NCBI GenBank assembly: GCA_000934665.2 | Contig: KZ538037.1 | Span: 62,001 to 126,000, forward strand | Reading direction: 5' to 3' | Length of the DNA stretch: 64,000 nucleotides | DNA from: Catajapyx aquilonaris | Taxonomy: Eukaryota | Shown here: positions 12,513 through 24,721 of the stretch, piece by piece | Position numbering within the stretch: the stretch's first letter is position 1 | Layout: every line of letters starts with the position of its first letter | Notes under the pieces: generated by a model | What the model saw: only the letters and a program-made list of their open reading frames with translations | Databases searched by the model: none | What the model was told of the DNA's origin: nothing | Program-made: the position numbers and the translations under genes

Positions 12513-15500
12513 AAAGCTCTGCAGAAATGGAATCAGACGAAGTTACTTATACTTATGGTGTCTACCAGCTCATATGACAGAAATAGGTCTGTATGATGGG
12601 GTTAACAGTTCACAGAGCACCTTCCTTTTATTTGCGGCCATGAGGTTTGGCAGCCAACCTGAAATAGTGTGCTACTATTGATGAATATGCAGACCAGTGT
12701 AACACGTGTTTTACCAATGTTAATTCTGTATCATTGCATTCTGTATCATTAGGAAGTTAGCCATTGTTAAGAATATATCAGGCCAGCAGTTTTTTTTAAA
12801 TGCATGAATTGCGAACAGTTTGATATTGTAATTCAAACTGAGGGTACTGCTATTTTTGTGTATGTAAATGCTAGCGATAATTGCCGATTTATTTGAGACA
12901 TGACGATGAGACAAATTATGCGGTTTGATTAGCTCTCAGGAAAGGCGAGTATGACATACTCAGTTAGGTAGTTGTTGGAAATGAGAGCCGATGCACTGCT
13001 TTATTGCTCCAGTATAGGCTATTTGGACTTTGGAGGCCAGGCCGGAATATTAAATGCTTTGGCCAGGTAATGACAATGAGAAAATGTTGGACCTGTAATA
13101 ATTAGCTGCGGTTTCAGTAGCCTAATAGGAGCAGCTATTATGGAAGGCTGTTAGGAAATAATTGAGCGATGCATTTTATGTACGATAGGAATAAGGCGAA
13201 AAGAACTAAACCGAAAGCGCGCAAAAACAAGGCCCTATTATATAGGGATTCGTGCAATAAATTGGTGGAATTATTTTAGTGCCCAATTTAATTTGACACC
13301 ATTTTCACTCTACCAAAGACATAACATGGAGGATTATCTGTTACTATATAGCGAAGCAGGGTTGTAAATATGCCACGCCATCCTTTCTCGTACATCACAT
13401 GTGCTTATACTTTTTGCTTACTTCAACCATAGAATCAAGACTTGAAATAAATTATATAATGTCCAATCAAGTTAATTAATGACAGCCATAATTCTGCTTG
13501 TTATTCTTATGGCGCCCTTGTATTCACATTTTTTTATATTTAGAATGAGTTGGTCCACGCGTACTGCCAGTCACATAGTCTGAAAGTGTTCCAGGAACGG
13601 AACCGAGGTAAAAGGACCTATATAACTTGAAGACCGGTGATAACTATAGGCTTCTCCAGCTGCGTTTACCACCAAGGGGGAACGTGATAGAGAGTAATGA
13701 TGGTCTAAGAGGATGACTTCTACGTACAATAAATTGAGAAGGCCTGTTATGATGATAGCATGATGAACCCGTATTAAACGCATATAAATTATATATTTGG
13801 GTTATTTATGCCGAGTAGCATAAGCCTGTCTACTGCTCTATATACGTGTATGTTATGTTGCGTGTCGTGGTCTGAGGTGGGATAGGGGTCAGGGCTGGTA
13901 ATGGGGGTGGGGGCTAACCCTCCCCATCTCAATAACGGGCAATCATCTTAATTGTAATATTGCCGGCAATAAAACTCTTCCTTCTCCAGGTTGCGGTAGG
14001 AAGGGGGAGATAAAAAGTCATCAGGGCATGGCAATAGCATCCCAATGGCCTGCAGGTTGTTATTCCACTTTGCGGCCAGCCAGCGATCCCAGAAATTGCT
14101 TTATGAAGTGGGGGTCCGGAGAAAGGGATAGTAGATGAGGGGGGTGGTATAAGGAAAGGGGGGGAAAAATCGTGAGAAGTAGGGGGGTAGGGGAGGGAAA
14201 AAATGACGGACTTGTTGACAGACACATACACAGCCTATCATAAAGGCTGGCTCCTTCTTGGAGGTCGGATGGTGGTGTCCGTGGCAGTGTGTATGACTGT
14301 CATGTGTGTGGGTGTGATGGAAGCCGGGGTGAAAGTGACTGTAGCAGCTGGGCTGACGTCGGGCTTCACTTATTGCCTAGTGGAAGAAGCCCATGGGTGA
14401 ACTCCCTTTTGTCAACCTCCTTGTGGACCACTGGGTTGACCCCTGGCTCGTAAATTTGACCACTGATCGTGTCTCAGACCCAAAGGGACCCAGAGGATGG
14501 TGGGCCATCCGAGAGGTAAGCCATCTCTACTGATGGTTGGCTACAATGTGAGTGTTGAATAGGCCTATTGCTACGGTGTATTATTCATTTGATGTCCAGA
14601 CGCCAAGTGATTGGCATTTTGTGTGAGGCCTAGAATTGCGTGATCGTTTGCTGATGATATTACGTTATTGCTGATTGTAAATTACGTGAACTGAATAGGT
14701 TAGATAACATAAAAAATTCTTTATACGGTTACAATTGATAGCGTGGTGTCTTTATTATTTAAATGTGTTTTCTGAGCGATATTATACTCCTTACACGCGA
14801 CGAGCCAGTGGTCAACCAGGCACAATTATGATCCGGAGTTTTGTTCTCTAACAGGACACCTTCGTTGATTAGATCTGTTCACCAGACGAAATATGGCACC
14901 GTGGCTGCTCAGTCAATAAAAAATGTTTGGCATAATCAAGGGCCTCAAATAATACAGTATAAATGCGATGATTAATGTCTCCTCTGAGAACCAATTCTAT
15001 AGGTATGTTTTAGTGCAATTGCATTCGATTTCACTTCTGAAAGTTGGTGTAAAAAATATGGCACTGCCGTAACAAAGTTATAGCAGATATTCAAGCTATC
15101 GTCGACTAATATACACTAATATTATGCGAAAGTTATTTCATTGGTATTGATGCACAACATATAGGGGAAACCACACTTGAAGGGTGGCATATTACGACAA
15201 AAATGCAACTAGATATGCACAAGCTTATGATTTACCTGGGGGTATTCAACCTAATGATAATTAGAGATTCACTAAAGATTCACCTGATTGTCTGACCCCT
15301 CTGCTATAGCACCTAATTAGAAGGGCCTTTTTCAATTTGCCTGGAACATGGTTTGGAGAGTAACGTATGTGGCTGTGCATGCATACTATTCTCCAAAGTC
15401 GTGTTGGACGATTGAGAACAACATATTTTTTGTTGTTGCATATAGGAAACACATGTAACATTGGAAAATAATGACATCTTTTATATTATACAAACAAAGG

Positions 15501-16020
15501 AAACTCAAAGTGTGAATCAATATTATTAGTGAATAATATAGGTGCTTTTGCATGACGGGATCATTCTCATCGTATATAGCAGCAATTAATAAGTTGATTT
15601 ATGTATAGAAGAGCAGACAGTGAACTGTTGAATGGGACAACTCAATACAGTCTTTGATTCAATATGGTATCAGATGGATTAGATCTCATGTGGAAATATC
15701 ACTTTGAGTAAGTTTATTTCCTCCATGTTCTCCTGCGGATAATCTCGAATCATTTTCCACTTCTCTCCAAAGGCTAAAACCCACCAACTTGTGTTATTCA
15801 TTTCTTCAACTACTTTTATTTACTTCACATTTCTTCATATAATACGCGTAATAATTGATACTAAACCGCTGACAGTTTAATCAACACAAATATTAGGGGC
15901 ATATATTGCATATCACAGTATTTACAGTATTCCACAATAAAATGTCAGGAATTTTCTCTTCAATTGAATTTAAGTTTGTTCCGGCACTTAGTAATTGCTT
16001 TATTTCAGTCTATTGTGACT

Positions 16021-16254
16021 ACCGAAGCAGGTTGGCATAGTGGATAAGGCGTCCGACTGCTAATCGGGAGGTCCTGGGTTCGAATCCCGGGGCCGGCAAC
16101 CTTGACCGTGGTTTTCTGTGGTTTTCCACGGTCTTTCTAGGATAATTCCGGGGTTTCTTCCGTATAATAGGCCACAGCTGCTTCCTTCCTTCCCTATCCT
16201 TGGAGGTTGAAAGGCAATGCTGGGCCAACCTTCTTAAATATATCAATTATAAAA
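16021..16254 (+). mobile_element. tRNA-derived SINE, first unit of a tandem dimer
   Basis: Pol III A box TGGCATAGTGG and B box GGTTCGAATCC. Body GTGGTTTTCTGTGGTTTTCC...TAGGCCACAGCTGCTTCCTTCC resembles the conserved central domain of arthropod SINEs. A-rich tail. Flanked by AGTCTATTGTGACT at 16007-16020 and 16255-16268. Confidence 0.92.
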
Positions 16255-16268
16255 AGTCTATTGTGACT

Positions 16269-16497
16269 ACCGAAGCAGGTTGGCATGGTGGATAAGGCGT
16301 CCGACTGCTAATCGGGAGTTCCTGGGTTCGAATCCCGGTGCCGGCAACCCTGACTGTGGTATTCTGTGGTTTTCCACGGTCTTTCTAGGATAATTCCGGG
16401 GTCGCTTCCGTATAATAGGCCACAGCCGCTTCCTTCCTTCCCTGTCCTTGGAGGTTGAAAGGCAATGCTGGGCCAACCTCCTTAATATCAATTATAA
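16269..16497 (+). mobile_element. tRNA-derived SINE, second unit of the tandem dimer
   Basis: Same element as 16021-16254 with ~11 substitutions and short indels near the tail. Followed by a third AGTCTATTGTGACT at 16498-16511. Confidence 0.92.
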
Positions 16498-16572
16498 AGT
16501 CTATTGTGACTGAATAATGCAGTAAATCAGTATGAAATGCAACGTGGCTACAAAACTGTATAACGACATGAA

Positions 16573-16587
16573 ATGATGATGATGATG

Positions 16588-16652
<65 letters not shown>
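16573..16652. repeat. Compound (ATG)5(ATA)n microsatellite, possibly the 3' tail of the adjacent minus-strand SINE
   Basis: Direct reading of the sequence. Confidence 0.95.
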
Positions 16653-16653
<1 letters not shown>

Positions 16654-16870
16654 GGTTACCAATGACGGATCCCAGGCCCTTAATGGGGATTCCCCTTATA
16701 AAATTCCGACTTTATTAATAATTGTTGCACTTCCATGGCTTTTTATTGTGGGAGGAAATGGGAGATTCCCGAGAAAACCCAGACGAATATGAAGAGAACC
16801 CATCGAAGTTATTCCGCATGAAAAATCTTCTGTCAGATTCGGAGATCCAACGCGTAACCTCATTAAGGCA
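16653..16870 (-). mobile_element. Old degraded SINE with a Meta/V-domain-like core
   Basis: Minus strand reads GGTTTTCTCGGGAATCTCCCATTTCCTCCCAC, similar to the GGTTTTCTCCGGGTACTCCGGTTTCCTCCCAC motif of Meta/V-SINEs. Degenerate B-box context GAGGTTACGCGTTGGATCTCC lies upstream and a (TTA)n tail downstream. Confidence 0.5.
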
Positions 16871-19507
16871 CAATATGTCTTCTATACAACCAAGTATATA
16901 AATTTGCATAACTTATATAATTTTCAGGATGAAAAGTGTCACATTTTGATCTAAAGTAAATTTAGATTCGTACATGTACAATGTACTCTCCTAGATGAGT
17001 ATACTTACTGTTAAGTCAGTGTTCCACAAAATAAATAAATTGCACTTCCCTAAAATGTTTGGAAAAATGTAATCCTACATGAGGGATAATGAAGCATCTT
17101 CAAATTTCAAATCTACATAATATCTGGATTCCCATTCCATCTTGATTATGATCATTCCGTATTCCAGGGCTTCACATGTCAATTAACAGACCTGTATGGC
17201 AGTTAGCAGATATTCCGCGGACATGATGCTTCATTTCTGTCACATTCCCTAATCCTGCTGCAAAAATTTTAAAGTCAATTACGTAGGCTATAATGCACTA
17301 GAGTCTTTTATAATAACAAAAAAGAAATTCTCGCATCCCGTAGATCGTTTGTCTAAATGGTACCGTTTCTAAGTAAACACCAGAAAATGTAGCAGGCAGC
17401 CATCATGCTGCTGGAGCGTGGGTGAGGTGTCCCAGAGGCTGAAGTGTTAGAAAAGCATTCAATGAATAAAGTTGTCGAGCAGATGGGATATAACCCTCGT
17501 TTAGTATAAGCGTATGTCGGTCAAATAGTCAGTGAGAGAATGGCAGGGAATTTGGGGGTGCTGGAAGTGCCTCGATGATGAAGGAGGAATTGTGCGAAGC
17601 AGAAATTAGTACTTGGACTGCTCGTAATACGGGGCGTTTTCAAGTCATTCTCCTACTTATCACCAACATGTCAAAGGCGCTCCGGAATAACGGTCGTCAT
17701 CGTTTTTGACGGGTAAACAAATCCGAACACCACTCTTCTTCATTGGGAAGACGGAAGACTATAGGTAAATACCTACCATCAGCATTCGTGACATCACATC
17801 AGGCGTTCAAGTGCTGTGACAAGGCACGTGAGGAAATTTACGCTGGCACGAGAGACATGTTGAACGGCGATCCATTAGGCTCTGTCTTGTTCACTTCCAC
17901 GGTTCCACACTTGCATTAGTTATCGAGATCAGCCGCACCCTCAGTGTCCGTCCGGCAAATGGGCGTGTGCACCTTTTTCTGCCCGATGATGGCGTCGTTT
18001 GTTTCTTAACCTATCAGGGCTATCTCCCCTCTATTTAGCCGCCATTCATATGCAGTCAAGACTTGAATATGAATGCCCAGAATCATGCGGCAAACATGGC
18101 TATATAGTCTAGGCTGCAATGAAGCTGGGGGAGAAGAATCTTGTAGTAATTTTTCTTGTTTTGTGTAATTTATTTCCGCCTTTTGGGCATATTTATGAAA
18201 GGGAGAGGAAGAATTATGTTTCTGGGCGCGATGCTTTATTATCGGAGAGGGAGAAAAATTGCGAACAGCACTCAACGTCTACCGCTTCTTTCCTATTTCG
18301 CAGCCGGCTTTTATATCTCCCGCAGCCTAGACTTTATGCCGCTCACATGTTCCCTTATAAAAAGGACAAAGCCCAGAACAATGAAGCAAGAGGCGGGGAG
18401 AAATTACCGGATGGCCCCGTATAAGGCGAAGGCGTCAGGGGAGCCACACTAAATCTCTCCCTTCCATCCTTTATCAGATGCTGCGCCACTATTTTTTCCT
18501 CCCCCCCCCNCCCCTTTTTTTTTTCAAGGATCCCGCCCAGCCATCTTATATCACCTTCTAGGCCTAGCTCACAAAAGGGACTCTCAACAAGATGTCTTTA
18601 ACTTCAGGCGTACATACGCGTTTTCTCAGGGTTTTTATTGCTTGGAACTAATCGTCACGGTGTGATGTCAACTCTGAGAAGAGCGTATTGTCATTAGCAC
18701 AAAAATAGGGGAGGCTGAAAGAGTTAAAAGGAGTATCATCAAAGTTGGGAGAAACATAAATGTGAGGAAAATGTTGTCTACTCCCCCCCCTGAGGAGTGA
18801 GGGTGGTACTTCGTCCATACTGTATATCGTTATGTTCCCCAAAGGCGTTAATACTGCGGCACCCGTAATGAGTCTGATGCAGGAGACGGGCTTCACCTTG
18901 GGAACACTATCCTTTGCCAGCACTTTTCGATGCGATGCAGCGCCCCGATTCCTCTTCGCTGCAGCTTATTACCAACTGATCTAATGGCATCTGCTTGCGA
19001 CAACACGGAAACTAACTCAGTCGGCGCCCATTTCCTTGCATTGTGGGGTTCACATCCAGGGATGCCTCAGGGGAGGCCTATATTATACCATATATGGTGT
19101 AGGGGGACTGGGGGGAGAGGCTGGAGGGCTTCTACTTTCAGATTGAGTAAAGCCTGCACGGTTCTGGATGAATGATATGGGAAATATTGGAGTCAATCAC
19201 GCGGAACGGTGATTTATGACTGAAGCTTTTACAAGAGCTGGCAATATCTCAATAGCTGCCAAGATATTTGCATAGGGGTTTAGTAACAGTGTTGGCGTAA
19301 CATGAAATAGGGTCAGTGAGGCTTGGGAATAGACATTCCATGACTATCAATCAAATCTCTTCTGGTTCAGGTGAAAAAAGCGCGTGAAGTGTTACAGGAT
19401 GGAAGAGTGTGAAGTAACAAGGGTGTGGAACTAATTAGTTTGCATAATGTTTTTGCAGGCGTTTGGGTATGACTTCAACTTATTCTCACTCACTGTGATG
19501 GAAAAAT

Positions 19508-19632
19508 CAAGGGGGTAACCACTTCGGGACTCCGGTGTAGACACCTGCGAGTGGTACTCCCAGGTACTCCTGGGTATACTAGAATTTGGTACTCCACTGT
19601 ACACTTTTTAGTCGAGTGCGGTTACCCCCTTG
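19508..19632. mobile_element. 125-bp non-autonomous DNA transposon (P-element- or hAT-like)
   Basis: Perfect 13-bp TIR CAAGGGGGTAACC / GGTTACCCCCTTG. Perfect 8-bp TSD GGAAAAAT at 19500-19507 and 19633-19640. Internal GGTACTCC occurs three times. Confidence 0.88.
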
Positions 19633-20734
19633 GGAAAAATAAATATAGGCTATACTTATGTCGCTGCCAACGTCGAGCTGCATTGTCTATTAGGCCCATT
19701 TGAAGATATTGCATGCCGGCTCTGCGTGGTTCAATTCAATAATAATATATTGGTTGGTACGATGCAAAGTTGTTTTCAATTCGATTTGTTTTGTACCAAA
19801 TTTGTGTAGGATTTTATTGCATAATTATACGTAATTACCGGTGGTAAAAAATGTGCGACAAAACAGACCTGTTGTAATGCACGTGCGTTTGTCAATATTA
19901 TTTAAGTGAAGTATATTTTCTCTATATTTGTGAGGAAGGGGTGACAGACTCACATGCAAATTATTGTGAAACTCCTTGGAAGACGGACAGTGTATAGGGT
20001 CTATAAAAATTTAAATCCAAAGTGTATTGCTTTGAGCACATTTTAATGTTTTTAGCGGACACCAATTTCCACATTGTTGGTAATAGTCTAATCATAAATT
20101 GTCTTTGTTACATTCCCTATATGGGACTCCAATTATCCCCATGACATGCGATGCTGAGGGGAACCTATGAGAAAGTAAATTTACAGAGATGATTTGCTAT
20201 TTTTTGTAGCTTGGACGATTAAACTTACGAACATATTATGTGGGGATTTCTGCATCCCGAACGGAGAATGGTTAAACCTTTGAAAGTTTAATCCTGAAGG
20301 CTGTAAGAAGATATTAAGAAACTTTATACGGTGTGCGTATTGCAGATTTCAGCTCACATTCGTGGGAGTATGCATCTTCGGTAGTGGTTACATTTATTAT
20401 CTGGATGAAATTGGATCCCAAACATAAAGTATATGAAGAATTGAAATGCTGGACGATCATAATCACATTTGATTCATTTAGATACTTGTATATGTGGCTT
20501 TGCAGTTTGATTATTTCTTCATCCCTTAGCCGATGGAATGAAATTTATATGAAAATTTCTCTTGAAAGCTGTCGTTTTACCATCAAATAATGACCTTCCA
20601 AGATTATATTAAATAATACGTAAACGAATATCTACCAAAGTGTGACTATATGATCGTCCTGAAATTCAAGTCTTTATTTGTTGTTTGCATTTTCCCTGTA
20701 TACCTTCAGTATATTCAAACGTCAAGGCTTATTT

Positions 20735-20980
20735 AAGTTGTTTTTCTACCGAATAATTTGACGATCACCAAGGAGAGACGGAGGACAGTTGATGGATTAG
20801 TCACCCCAGCGAAGCAGTAAACAGTCGTTGACACACAAAAAGGTGCGATGCAGAGAGACCCAAATCTTGTTCCAAGTCTGGACTTCAGTTCGAATTAGAA
20901 CCCGCAGGAGTGACTATAATCAATCAGCTCTTCCACGCCTCTCTTCTGCGGAACGTCAACTTTGGCAAAGGAACACCCTG
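20735..20980. mobile_element. Old Tc1/mariner-like MITE, family B copy 1
   Basis: Right end ...GTCAACTTTGGCAAAGGAACACCCTG. Decayed left arm TTGACGATCACCAAGGAGAGACGGAGGACAGTTGATGGATTAGTCACCCCAGCG is the inverse of the right arm. Alignable by eye to 29709-29928; left boundary approximate. Confidence 0.6.
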
Positions 20981-23900
20981 CAGTTCTGCTGCAGTATATT
21001 GCAGGACGTGTCAGAACCCCAGGCCAATCTTCCGCCAGAGTCCTCGTTGGCCCAAAAACAAGTCAAAAATGAGTGAGAAAATGTCGATAGCTCAACCGTT
21101 AACCGTAAACCGTTAAAGTATGTACCGACAATGACCACGACACATTATTTATTATTTGTTATTATTTGTGGTTGCGTTTCAGGATAACGACTGCGTGCTC
21201 ATTGTCGTCTACAATGGCAATGGTGGAGGATTCCATATTTCTCACCCCCTATATTTTAGACAACGAGTATACCCTGGTGTAAGCTTGACTTACAGTTCTG
21301 ATTCATCCTGTACATCATCTACCAGTGGGTCGTCTAAAAAGACAACATTTGTCATGATCCAATCTGAGAGTGTTCCTATCTCTCCCTCCCCACCCCTGCC
21401 AGCCATATAAGAGCACTACAAGCATAATTTGGCTCAGCTTATCCCAGCTATCGTTAGAGCAACAAATTCCGGAATATAATCCGGGGAACCCAGCAAGGAG
21501 CCTGTAAAAAAGCTGGAGGACAAGGGAAAGCTTTCTGGGCCATTTAGTTTAAGTGTAAGGTATCAATCGAGTGGCGCCTATAGCTATTCCGCTTTTGGAG
21601 ATGGGGCACGCGGCATTCATCTCAGTTTAATCCTAAACGGATTTTTTCCCCTCCTCCTTTTCCTTCTTCTTGTCCTCCCGCTCTCTATTTTTAATGGCGG
21701 AGGCCGTCGTATCTGTGCTGGGATTGTCATTGGACCAAACCCAAGCTGGTCTGGACTTGAATGGCTCTCGTGTTGTTGCAGCCTCCTCCTCTTGTGAGTT
21801 CCACAAAAGCTTGGCCTCCCCTCTCGTTGTATAAATAGGAAAGGAAGGGCTGTTGACTCTCTCCAGGAGCTTCCTTCTTTCTTTTTTACCTCCCCACCTC
21901 CCTATTTCCCTCCCTACAACTCCCACCCCCGTGTCTTGCGCCTGTGGGCACAAGTGATATATGGTCGGGGAGGTCACATGACCCCGACCGTAGCTCCTCA
22001 AAACCAGGAAGTGGCTTTTGTGAGTCGCTGCAATTCTTATATTGACAGCACAAATGAGCGCGGAGAGAATTATTAGGTTTATTTTACACTAGTCCCCGCG
22101 GGCCGTAAATGACATAGCTGATGAGGGTTTTTTGGCAGGGTGGGGGGAGAAGAGGTCCCCGGCCCATAGTCCGAGGGGGCCCCCGTATGTTTTTAATGAG
22201 CTCTTCACGTCCTGCTGGTGGCTTCCCTCTCTGACATGAACTTTTCCGTAACTCACACGGGGTGTTTTAAAAATGCCAGACCAAGCCTGCCTCATTTTAC
22301 CCTAAATTATATAGAGCGAGCGTGGGTTGGCTCGCTGGGAATCAGGTTGTCATGTGCTGGCCCGTTATTATAGACTCGCCATCTGCCTCGCACCAGATAT
22401 GTACTATTTACCCACATGGATCGCAGATGCGTTCTTCTAAGGGGGCCATATATTTCATTCTTTTCGCCACTCAAAATGTCCGCTCTTTCTTTGGAGGAGA
22501 TTACAAAGAGGATGTTCCCGGATTTTCCAGGCTTTTCGTGTTCGTGGCCGTGGGCTCGTTTTCGGTTTGCTACGCTCGGTCGTCGCCGCCCCTTGATGTT
22601 ATCATCAGTACCGAATCCAGAAGATATTTCTGGGGGAGCTACAAAGTCATTTCATTCGATAGAGACCTTAAGGTGATGCGTGTAGTAAGAAGTGCAAACA
22701 AAGTGAGCACTTAGGATTACGTATAGATCGTGAATGTTGGTGTATAAAATCACAGCTACTTTTATAATGTGGAAAGCTGCGACCCTTAAAACGGAGCAAA
22801 AGAAGAGAATGCAAAAAATGCAGACTAAAAGCTGTTAAGTAAAATTTATTACTTCATAATCCTGGCGTAAACATCTGGTGGGGTATAGAATGATTTATGT
22901 AGTTAATTAGGTGAATAGTCTAATTAAAGCTGGGATGAAGAAACTTCCACATTGAGCAATGAACGGTCTCACGCAGAAATGTCATTAGGATTTATTTACC
23001 TGCTCGGATTTATCGTCGACGATGACGCGAGTGTTGATAGGATAGGTTGATTACCGTGCGAGGTAATTTGATAAAAAAAAATCCACTAGTAATTAGAAAA
23101 AAGCATTCTAGGTTTATCTGTCCACGTGACATTGATGAAGATAGATGGGAGTAGGACATTTTACGCCCTGATAAATTGAAAACTGATGCAACAGTAATGA
23201 TGTTGTTTGAACCGGGGCTATCAATCGCGATTAGTAAGATCATAAAATTGAAACTCTATATATGAAATGTCGAAGAAAATATCTGTAAACGAAGACATTA
23301 GACATTGGTGCTGGGAAAGCAGCAGGAAGATTCTGTAAATTGTCTCGCGACTTTGACTTCTTAGTAAAACGAGAGGAGGGGGTGAAGGGGTGTAGTGAAT
23401 GAAATGGGCAATAACTGTGCTGAACATGACCTGTTTACAGCCATTTCTCTCCTACACTGACTACCGTACGCCTTCTACTCAATCTCAAGTAAAGTAAATC
23501 ATATACGAACACAGTTTTGGTCCAAGATTAAAGTTTGAAACAATTGCACTAAAGTTGACTTTGAACTGAAGTAACTCCTGCAGGTATAGTATAATTTGGA
23601 TGGTGCGGACCTCCCATTACTCTTGCAGTTATACAGTAGTATCCTTCAACTTTCAATTCAAGGGCGATGCATTTTCCACTGCGAAATTTCTATAAACAGA
23701 ACACTGCATTGTGACATTTTTATAGCTAGGCTTTCCAAAAGAGACATGAGGTAAAAAGGCTTAGGTTTCCAAACTGAAATAAATATTTCCTGACCTGAAT
23801 GACCTCCGCCAAAAAGGCACTCGGGAAACCCGACATGTGACGGTATTTCTTTCTTTCGAACTTGGGTTCCTTTTTTTTTGTGTGTCGGAGAAAACCGCAG

Positions 23901-24666
23901 GGTAGTCAGGTTTACCTCATACTCTGTGTTCATATTTTTATCCCCATGCTGTTGAACACTTGCCCCAACAAGGACGACCAAACAGATGTTAGGCAAGAGC
24001 GCTGAATTTTTGGCTATTTGTTGCCTGAGTTCCGCAAAGTTGGCGAACCATAATATTTGCTGTGTACATCACTCATGTGTTTTAATGCGTGTAATACTTT
24101 TCGTCTCACATGAATGGCAAGTATAATATCATAATAAGCTTTAAAAATTGTGTTTCGAACATTTCTCGCTATTTGGAAGGCCTTTTTTGGAGGCCTCGTT
24201 GAGAATCGAAAAGATGTGAAGTGTGCATTCGTCGTCCGAGTTGTCTATATATAGGAACACAATGGACATGAATCAAGTAAACTATTCAGAATATGACTGC
24301 ATATACAGGCTTACCTACTATACGTATTAGTTATTTCTCAGATAAGTTTGATGAGTTGCGATAGGTTTGACGTGGCGCCAACAATCCGGGTGCTATGCAC
24401 TTTACGATTTATTCAGCATTGTTATTCGAATTTTTCTTCTGGTTGGACTACGAAGTTAGTTGAGGTATAAAGATTACACTTGTATTCTTAAAACAGCATA
24501 GCATTGTGTTGCCTGAATAATGCAAAAAAATTCTTGACATTTTTCAATCCACAATGTTCATGTCACGTGATGGGCTCGAGATAAACCTCACACCTCGACG
24601 CTGAGAAATGTTAATTATCGAAGAGACTAACTCAGACCTCGTAGAATGTTTTAATTGATTTATATA

Positions 24667-24721
24667 AGGTGAAGTGGGGGAAGTGCACACCCGGGGTAAG
24701 TGCACTTCCCCCACTTCACCT
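24667..24721. mobile_element. 55-bp minimal hairpin MITE with TA TSD (pogo/Tc1-like)
   Basis: Perfect 22-bp TIR AGGTGAAGTGGGGGAAGTGCAC with an 11-bp spacer; TA on both sides (24665-66, 24722-23). Confidence 0.8.

Noticed and set aside
16019..16491. Two similar 74-75 aa ORFs, and possible tRNA-Ser(GCT) genes
   Set aside because: The ORFs are antisense readings of the SINE dimer. The tRNA-like heads lack a proper acceptor stem and run into a SINE body with TSDs.
16007..16511. CRISPR-like repeat-spacer appearance
   Set aside because: Repeats are 14 bp, the 'spacers' are ~230-bp paralogous SINEs, there are no cas genes, and the context is eukaryotic.
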